From contig CP066697.1 in assembly GCA_016432625.1 (NCBI GenBank), forward strand, positions 279,363 to 343,362: a DNA stretch of 64,000 nt, written 5' to 3'. Of the stretch, positions 9,186-17,818 are shown piece by piece (positions within the stretch are counted from its first letter, which is position 1; each line of letters starts with the position of its first letter). The position numbers were made by a program, and so were the translations under genes. The DNA comes from Candidatus Berkelbacteria bacterium. Its GTDB lineage: Bacteria > Patescibacteriota > UBA1384 > 2-12-FULL-50-11. Under the pieces are notes generated by a model, which did no database searches, was not told the origin of the DNA, and worked only from the letters and a program-made list of their open reading frames with translations.

Positions 9186-9932
9186 ATGCGTTATGAAAAA
9201 AGCCGCTATACCTACGATCCAAAATCTAAAGGTCCGTTCAAACTGTCACGCACCAAGATTGATAACTTCCTAAAGTGTCCACGTTGCTTTTACCTTGATC
9301 GGCGTTACGGCGTCGGCCAACCGCCAGGATTTCCGTTCACCCTCAATTCGGCGGTGGACTTTTTGCTCAAAAAAGAGTTCGACGCCCATCGCGCGGTAGG
9401 TACTAAGCACCCTTTAATGGAAAATTACGGAGTCGACGCAACACCGTTCGATCACACGAAATTGAGCCAGTGGCGAGAAAACTTTGAGGGCATCCGTTAC
9501 CATCATCAACCGACAAATTTTATAGTCTTCGGCGCTATAGACGATGTTTGGATTAATTCACAAAAAGAACTACATATAGTTGATTACAAAGCGACCTCAA
9601 AAGAAGGGGCAATAAGTTTGGACGCCGAGTGGCAAATTGGCTATAAGCGACAAGCTGAAGTTTATCAATGGTTATTTCGTCGCAACGATTTCAAGGTGTC
9701 TGACACTGCCTACTTTGTTTACGTCAACGGGCGTAAGGATCGCGAAGCGTTCGACGCTAGATTAGAGTTTGATGTCCATTTACTCCCGTATAGTGGTGAT
9801 GATTCGTGGGTAGAGCCGACACTTGTTGATATCAAAAAAACTCTCGATAATGCAGCTATTCCTGAGGCCAATCCAGACTGTGAATACTGCCAATACTCGC
9901 GCGAACGAAACACGGTAGAAACGTCCTCGTAA
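9186..9932 (+). CDS. PD-(D/E)XK nuclease family protein (Cas4/RecB-nuclease-like) with N- and C-terminal CxxC pairs
   Basis: IVDYKATSKE (D..xK) catalytic motif, CPRC near the N-terminus and CEYC near the C-terminus. The ATG at 9186 avoids overlap with the upstream minus-strand gene. Confidence 0.6.
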   Translation: MRYEKSRYTYDPKSKGPFKLSRTKIDNFLKCPRCFYLDRRYGVGQPPGFPFTLNSAVDFLLKKEFDAHRAVGTKHPLMENYGVDATPFDHTKLSQWRENFEGIRYHHQPTNFIVFGAIDDVWINSQKELHIVDYKATSKEGAISLDAEWQIGYKRQAEVYQWLFRRNDFKVSDTAYFVYVNGRKDREAFDARLEFDVHLLPYSGDDSWVEPTLVDIKKTLDNAAIPEANPDCEYCQYSRERNTVETSS

Positions 9933-10121
9933 GAACTGCCATAAAAGTCTCCTTAAGGCCGAGCTATAATTGGCGGGTCATGGTTGACGACGCGAAAAAA
10001 GAAGATCCAGTCGAAGAAACTATTCACCGAGGTTGTGGGCTGCCGGTGTTATTTTTGTCGATGTTTCTATTAGGTTGGCTGATTATCACTCTTACAACCT
10101 AATTTTTTGGGGTAAGCGAAA

Positions 10122-10141
10122 GCCCTGTTACATGAACAGGG
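10122..10141. terminator. perfect 10+10 bp palindrome between convergent genes
   Basis: gccctgttca|tgaacagggc, preceded by a T-run on the + strand. It could equally be a protein-binding site. Confidence 0.4.
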
Positions 10142-10189
10142 CTTCGGGTGACCCACTCGGGGTCAAGTTGGCCTTGCGGCCGCCTCGAC

Positions 10190-12091
10190 TCAGTCGTCGA
10201 GGTTGAGAAGCTTCTTCAGGCCCTCAAGGTCGTTTGCAGCGAGCAACTGCTTGGCTGCAGCGGCTGCCTCTGGATTGGCTCGGAAAGCCTCACCGACGAC
10301 CTTAGTTTGCATGAGCTTCTGCTTTTTGCGCACGAGCGCCGCCATTGCCTCGTCTTGCGCCGCCATTTCCGCTTCGAGCTCGGCCAACGAATCGTCGATG
10401 GTCTTCTCGATCCTAGGAGTGGACGGCTGAACGTTCGGTATGGCCCCGACCGGTTTTTTAGCCGGAGTTTGCTTTCTCACTGCGGAGGCAGCCGGCGCCG
10501 TAGTGGTGCCATTTGTCGCTTTGAGATCTGCAATCACCTTGCTAGCCGAATCGACCTTCTGAAGGTCAAGTTCGCGCTGTCGTGTCGTGCTTGCGTCAAA
10601 CTCGGCTTCGCGTTCCTTCCAGATCGGTTGCCAAGCTTCAACGAGAGAGACTAGCTTCTCGTTGATCGTGTAGCCTACACCGTACGGGTTGCGTCGCTCC
10701 CCGGTGATGTAGCGAGCGTTTGATAACGCTCGGTGGGAGGCCTCAATGACTTTCTCGTTTGTCGTCCAGACATCCAGGGCTTTGCGAAGCGCCGCCCAGT
10801 ATGAGTCCGCTATGAGGAAGTTTGTGCCCTCAGAAGCCGCGATCAGCGTCTCGCCGACCGTGGCAATGCCCTCGTCTGAAGCGACGCGCTCCAGCAAGTT
10901 GTTCAGTCGAGTCTCCGTTAGCTGGTCGCCTTGGGGGCGACTTTTCTTGGCGAGTTCAATTGCTTCTCGCTGCTTGACCACGACGTAGCCTTTGTGTTCG
11001 TACGGCTCTCCGCACTGCTCGAGCACCTTGCGACGCACGAGCTGGCTTAGGCCGCCACCGATCCGACGATCGGCGATTTCATTTGAGTCGATGCCGATTC
11101 TTTGTAAGTACCGACAGAAGACGGCAAGCGTAGCCACGTAGGATAGAGATCCTGACAATGGGTCGGCCTCTGCCATCAGCTCCGCTTCCAGAGCGGCTAG
11201 CTTCTGTTCGTTCTGAAAGAGGTCGCCAAAGGTGCCCTTCTGTTCAGTCTGAGGAGTCGGCGACGCGGCAGGATCCGCTGCGTCATGAGTGTCGAGTTTT
11301 CCCGGTGCGGCCGGTTTCGTGTCTCCCTCGTTGGTAACGGGGGGAGTATCAGCGGGCGGCTGTGGAACGACGACCGTAGTGACGGCCTGCTGGGCAGGCG
11401 GTTCAGGCGTCGTTTGCTGGGTAAAACCAGCTGCAGCTGTTACAACAGCGGCAATAGAGGCGTCTTTCGTCAGCGTGAAGTGGCTAATCGTCTTGCCGTT
11501 CTGAGCGAACGGGAAGAGGTGACTGCCACGCACGAGGCGAAGAAACGCGTCTTGAACGAGCTCTTCACTCGGGTTCTTAACGCCACTGCTGTCTTCGATA
11601 ACGCAGACAACTGCAGTTGCAACCTCTGTGATCGGGATCAAGCCGCGATCCGTCTTCGGGTCGACAACAAGTTGAACGACCAGATTCAGGTGGCTTTCGT
11701 TCCAGAACACGTCGGGGTTGATGCTTGCCTGTCGCTCGCTTATGTTGACGACGACGCTCGACGGCGCCGACTTCTCCTCAGCAGCGCTGACCTTAGCGTG
11801 AACCACGCTGGGGTCGAGTGGGCTGTGAACCTGGGCCCGGAAATGATAACAAGTGTCGTTATCACCCGGTTGGCAAACGCCTTCGATCAAGCGGCCATTA
11901 CGGCGGCTGATCTTGACGCCCTTCCGGTGATGCGTACCCTTGATCTTCTCTCCGATCCAGAGCTCGATTTTGCCTGCGCATTGCAGGCGGTCGCTGAAAC
12001 GTCGTTCGATTGACTCGAAGAAGTCCTTGGGGGCTTCTTTCCGCCGATCGTGACGCTCGAATGTTAACGAACGAGTTTTCGTTTCTATCAC
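10190..12091 (-). CDS. hypothetical protein, 633 aa, with Pro/Thr/Ala-rich central linker and C-terminal coiled-coil; GC-rich
   Basis: Long ORF, about 60% GC versus a backbone of about 47%. No domain recognised. Confidence 0.55.
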   Translation of the reverse strand: MIETKTRSLTFERHDRRKEAPKDFFESIERRFSDRLQCAGKIELWIGEKIKGTHHRKGVKISRRNGRLIEGVCQPGDNDTCYHFRAQVHSPLDPSVVHAKVSAAEEKSAPSSVVVNISERQASINPDVFWNESHLNLVVQLVVDPKTDRGLIPITEVATAVVCVIEDSSGVKNPSEELVQDAFLRLVRGSHLFPFAQNGKTISHFTLTKDASIAAVVTAAAGFTQQTTPEPPAQQAVTTVVVPQPPADTPPVTNEGDTKPAAPGKLDTHDAADPAASPTPQTEQKGTFGDLFQNEQKLAALEAELMAEADPLSGSLSYVATLAVFCRYLQRIGIDSNEIADRRIGGGLSQLVRRKVLEQCGEPYEHKGYVVVKQREAIELAKKSRPQGDQLTETRLNNLLERVASDEGIATVGETLIAASEGTNFLIADSYWAALRKALDVWTTNEKVIEASHRALSNARYITGERRNPYGVGYTINEKLVSLVEAWQPIWKEREAEFDASTTRQRELDLQKVDSASKVIADLKATNGTTTAPAASAVRKQTPAKKPVGAIPNVQPSTPRIEKTIDDSLAELEAEMAAQDEAMAALVRKKQKLMQTKVVGEAFRANPEAAAAAKQLLAANDLEGLKKLLNLDD

Positions 12092-12240
12092 GTCATACCT
12101 CCATTGGTGCTGCGACGATGGACCTGGAAACGATTTCCAGATCCGGTTACTGACGGGCAGTAACCGTAGTGACGAAATTCTACTCTACACTGAGCAAAAA
12201 TCAAGGCTTTTGCAAGTCATTTTGAGCTGCTGATATGGAA

Positions 12241-12264
12241 ACGCCTCCCGGTTAGGGGAGGCGT
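12241..12264 (-). terminator. hairpin downstream of the 363-aa gene
   Basis: acgcctccc-ggtta-gggaggcgt stem-loop, 20 nt after the stop on the minus strand. The following T-run is weak. Confidence 0.35.
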
Positions 12265-12284
12265 CTTCGGGTTGCGTCCAAGTG

Positions 12285-13376
12285 TTACTTCCACAAGGAC
12301 GCGATTTGGGTCTCGTCGAGATGCTGCAAGAGTGAGTTGCTTGACGGGTCAACGTCAGCAGCTTTCGCTGCCTCGATTTTGCCGGCAAGCTCCGCTTGCT
12401 GCTGCTGGCAGGTCTGCACTTCCTGCTCGGATCGCACCACGTTCCTGCGTGCCTGTTCGAGTCGTGACTGCGCTCGGGTGAGCTCAGTTTCGAGTTGTTC
12501 CTCCTCCTTCTTCAAGGACAAGAGCGTTTTTCGCGTTTCGATCAAGGTGCGCAGTGCCTCGACTTTCTCGCGAGCCCCAGGCGCCATGCCCTGAACGCTA
12601 CCCGACAGAAGCTGCCGAATGGCGCTGAGGGCGAGCTTCTTACCACGCCGGTCCAGGAGGTAGTTGTTTTGCTCGTCTTGCATGACGACGTTCGTCTCCA
12701 AGAGAACCCTCTTGGCAACGTAACGGCAACCTTGGCGCATCTTGCCCTCGCCGGTAGCTAGCTCGTGAGTCAACTCGATCACAACATCGAACTCTTCTTC
12801 GGTGCACGAAGCGTTGTCGAGGCACCAGATGTAGTTCAACACTACGTCGTTCTGCAGGAAGTCGCGACGCCAGGCCTGCTCGCAATCGGCGCAGATCTGG
12901 GCCAAGGGTATTCCTGAGTCGGCCTCGGCATCGTTCCATCGCTTCGGCTCCCGGATCCCGAGCCGCTGACAGACCACGTCTACACCGATATTGAGTGGGT
13001 TAATCAGCGTGTAGAAAGCTTGGAGCGAGTCGCCGTGCTGTACCAAGACCTTGATAGAGTCTCGGTTCGGCACGCATTCGATCGGTTCGAAGGCAAAGGT
13101 GACTTCTTTTCTGCCTGCCGCCGCCGAAATCACCTCGATCTCGACGTCGCCAGTGATGCCACGCTTCTGAAGCTCGCTGATGACGTAGTCGATAAACTCT
13201 TGAGGCCTATCGACATTCTTGAGAATTGAAGCGGCTTTGACGGACTTATCGGCCGCCGCACGCGCTTCTTGCTCGGTGAGGCCTAGGGCAGTGCCCACGA
13301 CCGCACTGAGGTGCCGCAGATTTTTAATTTTCAATTCCGATAATCCTCCACGAAATGCCCAGGCATTGTAAAGCAA
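12285..13376 (-). CDS. hypothetical protein, 363 aa, C-terminal coiled-coil; GC-rich
   Basis: Long ORF co-directional with and upstream of the 633-aa gene. No domain recognised. Confidence 0.55.
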   Translation of the reverse strand: MLYNAWAFRGGLSELKIKNLRHLSAVVGTALGLTEQEARAAADKSVKAASILKNVDRPQEFIDYVISELQKRGITGDVEIEVISAAAGRKEVTFAFEPIECVPNRDSIKVLVQHGDSLQAFYTLINPLNIGVDVVCQRLGIREPKRWNDAEADSGIPLAQICADCEQAWRRDFLQNDVVLNYIWCLDNASCTEEEFDVVIELTHELATGEGKMRQGCRYVAKRVLLETNVVMQDEQNNYLLDRRGKKLALSAIRQLLSGSVQGMAPGAREKVEALRTLIETRKTLLSLKKEEEQLETELTRAQSRLEQARRNVVRSEQEVQTCQQQQAELAGKIEAAKAADVDPSSNSLLQHLDETQIASLWK

Positions 13377-13410
13377 ATAAACGGATAAATCTAGCCTAGA
13401 GGCAGACGTT

Positions 13411-15042
13411 TTATTGAGTGCTTAAAGATTTCTTCGACTGTCTTTTACGCTGAAAACCGATAGCGAAGCGGTGGACTTCGTCGCGGATTCGACTTAGCAG
13501 TAGCAGCCCTTTGTGGCCACGAGTAACGGCTATTGGCAATTTGCGGCCGGGCAAAAAGACTCGATCAGGTTTTTTTGCTAGCGCTATTATTGTCTTAGGT
13601 TGAATAGGGGCGTCTTTTATCCCTTCAAGGGCGGATTTCAGTTGCTCAACGCCACCGTCGATCACCATTATGTCCGGCGCAGTCCGGGTTGTATCACTGA
13701 AGCGGCGATGCATTACCTCCCGGATCATCGCAAAGTCATTCTGGCCCTCAACGGTTTTTATTTTATAGCGACGGTACTCGTTTTTATCTGGTTTGCCGTT
13801 AACGTAACAGACAGTTGCCCCAACCGGTTCCGAACTACCCAGATTAGAAATATCAACAGCTTCAATACGAGTTGGTAGAGCCGGGAGCTTAAGTAGTTCC
13901 TGAACAGCGACAACGCTTTTAAATGATTGGTCGGTCCTGAGGAGTCTCGTTTCGAGTTTGGCAGCGGCGTTCCTTGCGGCTAGTTCAACCATTTGCCGTT
14001 TCTCGCCGCGCTCGGCAGTCCGCAGTTCGACCTTTTTGCCGGCGACGGTACCGAGAAACTTGGCAATTACATCCTGGTCGCTGATTTCTTCGCTTAACGC
14101 TACAAGACCAGGAATTTCAGAAAAATTTTGGTAAGCACTAATTATAAAACTCCTCACTACTTCATTCTGATTCTCACTGCCGGTTAATTGAAAATAAAAG
14201 GTTTTCTGTCCAGTTACTCGACCTTCTCTTACCATCAGGACGCTGACAGCAGCACTCATTTGGGTTTGAGCGGCGGCAATCACGTCGTAATCATCCTGAA
14301 TTGTAGAGATAACCTTTTGCCGGCTGAGTATTTGCTCAACTGATTGCAGTCGGTCGCGTAACTTGGCTGCTAATTCGTACTGCTCATTCTTCGCAGCCAG
14401 TCGCATCCGATCATCAAGGTCATCAACGAGATGCTTCCTTTTGCCTTGCAAAAATTCAATGGCGCGATCAACTCGCTCCTGATAGGACTCCTCGTCAACC
14501 TCGCCGCTCAGTGGGCAGGTGAACTCGCCGAGCTGACAACTCAAACACGCTCGGTCACGGTTGGGTCGAAGAGGTGTGCTACTGATGTGGATCCCGTAGA
14601 TTTTACGAAGAAACTCCAAAGTGTTTATGGCGTCTCGGCCAGAAAGATATGGTCCAAAGTATATGGCCTTGTCTTTGTTTCGCTTTCGAGTAACTGTAAA
14701 ACGCGGGATCGCCTCGTTTAAGACGACTTTAAGAAACGGGTAAGCCTTGTCGTCGGTAAGCTTAATATTGAAACGGGGCAAGTGTTGCTTGATTAGTGTC
14801 GCTTCGAGCATTAACGCCTCAACCTCGTTGGTTACAACGATAGTTTCCACGTTATGGACAAAACCCATCATCACTTGAATCCAGGGGCGGTCGTTATTTT
14901 TACCAGAGAAATAACTCCCGACCCGGCTTTTAAGGTTTAAAGCCTTACCGACATAAAGAATCTGTCCTGAGACGTCCTTAAATAGGTAAACACCTGGTTT
15001 ATCTGGGAGTCCCTGCCACAAATTCTTCTGGGCACTAATCAT
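13411..15042 (-). CDS. uvrC: excinuclease ABC subunit C (short form lacking C-terminal helix-hairpin-helix domain)
   Basis: N-terminal GIY-YIG (GVYLFKDVSGQILYVGKALNLKSRVGSYF), UvrBC-interaction region and RDEVHRFAIGFQRKR near the C-terminus. It ends about 60 aa earlier than canonical UvrC. Confidence 0.9.
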   Translation of the reverse strand: MISAQKNLWQGLPDKPGVYLFKDVSGQILYVGKALNLKSRVGSYFSGKNNDRPWIQVMMGFVHNVETIVVTNEVEALMLEATLIKQHLPRFNIKLTDDKAYPFLKVVLNEAIPRFTVTRKRNKDKAIYFGPYLSGRDAINTLEFLRKIYGIHISSTPLRPNRDRACLSCQLGEFTCPLSGEVDEESYQERVDRAIEFLQGKRKHLVDDLDDRMRLAAKNEQYELAAKLRDRLQSVEQILSRQKVISTIQDDYDVIAAAQTQMSAAVSVLMVREGRVTGQKTFYFQLTGSENQNEVVRSFIISAYQNFSEIPGLVALSEEISDQDVIAKFLGTVAGKKVELRTAERGEKRQMVELAARNAAAKLETRLLRTDQSFKSVVAVQELLKLPALPTRIEAVDISNLGSSEPVGATVCYVNGKPDKNEYRRYKIKTVEGQNDFAMIREVMHRRFSDTTRTAPDIMVIDGGVEQLKSALEGIKDAPIQPKTIIALAKKPDRVFLPGRKLPIAVTRGHKGLLLLSRIRDEVHRFAIGFQRKRQSKKSLSTQ

Positions 15043-15186
15043 GATCGGGGAAATGGTATCACAGATAAGACTTCAAGTCAGGGGACGAATATGGTTCAAA
15101 AAATTCGCGCCAGGCCGTTGGCGCTTCCTTGCGCTACCCCAATGGCGATCATCGCTACTATATATACCTGTAATAGTATATTCTTC

Positions 15187-15267
15187 GTAGGGGCAAGGGG
15201 CTTCATTGCGAAGTCAGCCCCTTACCCCTACAACCCCATCCCCAACACGCTCCCTACGGGGTTAAGG
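15187..15267 (+). repeat. R repeat copy A: GC-rich hairpin (gtaggggcaaggggc / ttcattgcgaagtca loop / gccccttacccctac) plus downstream box ccccaacacgctccc
   Basis: A near-identical copy in inverted orientation lies at 26504-26581. Related copies lie at 59343-59412, 60070-60220 and 60995-61042. Confidence 0.8.
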
Positions 15268-15331
15268 TGAAAACTTTCGGTTCGTTCCGGAAGGATCGCG
15301 GTAACAGCCCCTCAGTTTCGACTATTAACTA

Positions 15332-15385
15332 ATCGAAAAACAAGCAAATCTAACCCTCAAGCAGGTTATTTACTTGTTTTTCTCC
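15332..15385 (+). repeat. S stem-loop copy A (atcgaaaa-[stem]-aatctaaccctcaagcaggttatt-[stem']-ttttctcc)
   Basis: Direct copy at 26450-26503 with a different but again self-complementary stem. Third copy (reverse complement) at 59425-59475. Possible structured RNA or att-like site. Confidence 0.6.
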
Positions 15386-15543
15386 AGACGCCTGTTCGAA
15401 TGTGCCGGGGGTTGGTCGTTAGGATAGGGGGCGGGCTTCTAAACTCTGAGCCCCCTGTCCTAACATGTAGCCTCGCTTCGTGCGACGAAAAACAATAAAC
15501 AATTAGCATATGCTTCGTAACATAAAAAACATCCTAAACTCAT

Positions 15544-15571
15544 TGACAAATAGATGAGTTTAGAGTATCAT
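15544..15571 (+). promoter_or_regulatory. sigma70-like promoter reading into the GC-rich island
   Basis: TTGACA, a 16-nt spacer, then TATCAT, in an AT-rich patch at the island's left edge. Confidence 0.5.
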
Positions 15572-15584
15572 CTTGCACAACAAG

Positions 15585-15785
15585 TTAGGAAAGAATATTT
15601 TCTACTTGAGCACGTCCAACTAAATAAAGATCGAATGCGTCGGTAGCGCCTTCATCAGTGATTATTGATGACTTTGCGCGCGAATCGGCAAGGTCTTTTT
15701 TGTTGCCCGTGAGGCGGTAGGCCCGTCCTCGGCTTGAGCGATTATGCCTAACGAGGTAGTTGCAACAATAGCCACTCTTTAACAA
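15585..15785 (-). CDS. possible small basic protein (66 aa, TTG start) antisense to the promoter-proximal leader
   Basis: GAGGA lies 5 nt upstream of the TTG. There is no other support. Confidence 0.2.
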   Translation of the reverse strand: MLKSGYCCNYLVRHNRSSRGRAYRLTGNKKDLADSRAKSSIITDEGATDAFDLYLVGRAQVENILS

Positions 15786-16160
15786 CTTGTTTCCTCATTG
15801 CCCACGAGCCTAAGTTCGTGAGTAGCGAGGAGCGGTTGAAGCAATTCGACCGCTGGTAATCCAGTCATGATAAAAAACCACAAAGATCCGCGGGCCGAGA
15901 AGGCTCGCTCTCGTCGAAGTCCGGACTATTCACGCGACCCTGCTGGCTGTTTTGCCAGACATGCCCACAAGGCAGATCGCCGACTTCGCCATATGGGTGT
16001 GAAGGGAAAGCGTCCGAAAATCTACTGGGTGACGACGCTCGGTTGGCGAGCAAGCATTTAGCAGTACAGCGATACGGGCGAGACCAGATCTTCGAATTTG
16101 GTCTCGCCCTCTCATGACACGTTCGATGACTCGAACGTGGCTAGGAGGATAGTAAAAACC

Positions 16161-16511
16161 ATGATTGAATTCGGTCGACTACCGTTTAGCGGAGCCGAGG
16201 ATTTAAAGAGACATCGGGAACGCCTACTTCAGTACATGACTGGACAACACGCCGAGGCCTGCCTGGACAGACTACTTGATGCTGACGCAAAGATCGTCGC
16301 TATCAGCTACACACACGGTCGGGAGTTCGGTAAGGGCGAGGCAATTTACTTCGTCATGTCGGCAGACGAGTCGTCGGTGATGGTCATGAACACAGACGAG
16401 AACAAGCTGACGGGAACCCGACGCGGGAGCTTGCGGGGTGCAGGTGAGAATCTTCTCACGAGATACTTGCTCGACGACAACCTCAGTTCACTTCGCGTGG
16501 CTGCACAGTGA
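16161..16511 (+). CDS. island hypothetical protein (117 aa, cytoplasmic)
   Basis: The ATG is 7 nt after AGGAGGA. Two strong hairpins lie in the leader (16076-16108, 16113-16134). Confidence 0.5.
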   Translation: MIEFGRLPFSGAEDLKRHRERLLQYMTGQHAEACLDRLLDADAKIVAISYTHGREFGKGEAIYFVMSADESSVMVMNTDENKLTGTRRGSLRGAGENLLTRYLLDDNLSSLRVAAQ

Positions 16512-16599
16512 ATACGACACGGTGAGGCGGCAACTTCGGTTGCTCGCCTCACCCTCAATTAAGTTCACAACCACATGTTGCGAACTTTGAGAGAACAAA

Positions 16600-16854
16600 A
16601 TGAAGACTTTACTCGGCCTTTTCTTCGTCACCGTTTGCTGTTTCTTTCTCGGTTCTGGCGGCTTTGTGGCCGTCGAACTCGTCAAGATGATCCAAGCAAA
16701 CCAGATTACATCAACGCAAAGTGCGATCATAACGCTCGTGGTCGTTACCTCACTCGCGTTCGCGGTCGGCTCGTACCGGGCGAGCAAGTACGCGTTCAAA
16801 GGTCAGTTCCGACGGTTCTGGAAGCTGATCAACGGCGGCTGGCTTCCGGTCTGA
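16600..16854 (+). CDS. island small membrane protein (84 aa, 2 TM)
   Basis: Hydrophobic ORF, co-directional and tightly packed with its neighbours. Confidence 0.45.
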   Translation: MKTLLGLFFVTVCCFFLGSGGFVAVELVKMIQANQITSTQSAIITLVVVTSLAFAVGSYRASKYAFKGQFRRFWKLINGGWLPV

Positions 16855-16962
16855 CAACACTTCGAAAACAAGGGCGAAACGGAGCTTCAGCTCCGTATCG
16901 CCCGACCCGCAAAGCTCGTAATAGCGTATGAGTTGTGCGGGTTCTTGGAGGGCCCTCAGTCA

Positions 16963-17301
16963 ATGAAGAAACTCGTCACTCGAGCCTTTACGCTCGTTGA
17001 GATTATGATCATAGTTGTGATCGCAATCGTCCTCTTGCTCGCGATTGCGCTTCCCACCTTTCGCCACGCCAGCGAGACCAGCCGTAAGACCAGATGCATC
17101 GGTGGGCTCGGGCTGATCAGCGCGGCCAAAGAGCAGTGGGTGAAGGACCACAAGAATGGCGGTGGTACGGTTGTGCTTCTGGCTGACCTGTCGCCGCTAT
17201 ACATCAGGGATTTCCCTTCATGTCCCTCGGGTGGCGAGATCACGATCGGCAAGATTGGGGAGGCCCCGACCTGCTCGATTCCTGGTCATGCCTTGCCGTA
17301 A
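16963..17301 (+). CDS. prepilin-type N-terminal domain protein (type IV pilin/pseudopilin-like)
   Basis: MKKLVTRAFTLVEIMIIVVIAIVLL matches the class III signal and hydrophobic segment of type IV pilins (A in place of the usual G before FTLxE). Confidence 0.55.
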   Translation: MKKLVTRAFTLVEIMIIVVIAIVLLLAIALPTFRHASETSRKTRCIGGLGLISAAKEQWVKDHKNGGGTVVLLADLSPLYIRDFPSCPSGGEITIGKIGEAPTCSIPGHALP

Positions 17302-17452
17302 CCAACCCACCCAGTTCGCTCCGGAAGGCGAGACGTAGCTTTGGCTCCGTCTCGCCTCTTCCTTTCAGCCCACACTTTGTTAATTTGAACCTTTCAGTGG
17401 GCTGAAAGGAGGAAACTCCCCGTGATCCCGCGGTTAAGGGTGGAGGAACAAA

Positions 17453-17818
17453 ATGCTAACTTTGCGTAATCAGAACAATGCTCGTACCCTTACCGAATTG
17501 CTAGGATCCCTCACTGGATCGAAGGCGCAGGCGGTGTGCGAGAAGATTCGTCATATGAACGGCATCGTTGAAGCGATCAACGACGCGCCGCGTGGTAATG
17601 CGGGTGTCGAAATCGTTTACTTCGCCGAGCCAGTTCACAACGCACCTGGTGGTGGGCTGTCCCACTATGCCGTCTACTCGGTTTCCACCAACGATATCTG
17701 TGTCTCGCACTGCTATCGAGGCTTGTACAGCTTCTCGTTACAGCGCGAGGAACTCCTGCAAAGGGTCCTCCTCGAAGACGACCGAGAGGCATGGGAAGCC
17801 CTGGCTGGCAAGTGCTAG
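17453..17818 (+). CDS. island hypothetical protein (121 aa)
   Basis: GGTGGAGGA RBS 6 nt upstream of the ATG. Confidence 0.5.
   Translation: MLTLRNQNNARTLTELLGSLTGSKAQAVCEKIRHMNGIVEAINDAPRGNAGVEIVYFAEPVHNAPGGGLSHYAVYSVSTNDICVSHCYRGLYSFSLQREELLQRVLLEDDREAWEALAGKC

Noticed and set aside
15394-15410. tRNA gene suggested by a GTTCGAAT T-loop-like heptamer
   Set aside because: The flanking bases cannot form a T-stem or acceptor stem, and no cloverleaf could be drawn. No other tRNA-like T-loop/acceptor combinations were spotted by eye, although tRNAs cannot be fully excluded without tRNAscan.
15060-15480. Complete tmRNA (ssrA) gene at the left island border, on the minus strand
   Set aside because: Only the loop of the S element resembles the post-tag region of tmRNA. 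I could not find a tRNA-like acceptor stem, a GGTTCGAxTCC T-arm, a 3' CCA-proximal strand, pseudoknots or an ALAA-type tag frame, and the spacing from the putative 5' GGGGG is too short. Kept only as a hypothesis in a finding.
15867-16061. 64-aa highly basic ORF at the start of the island
   Set aside because: No RBS, Arg-rich low-complexity product, and it lies in the structured leader. It is probably non-coding.
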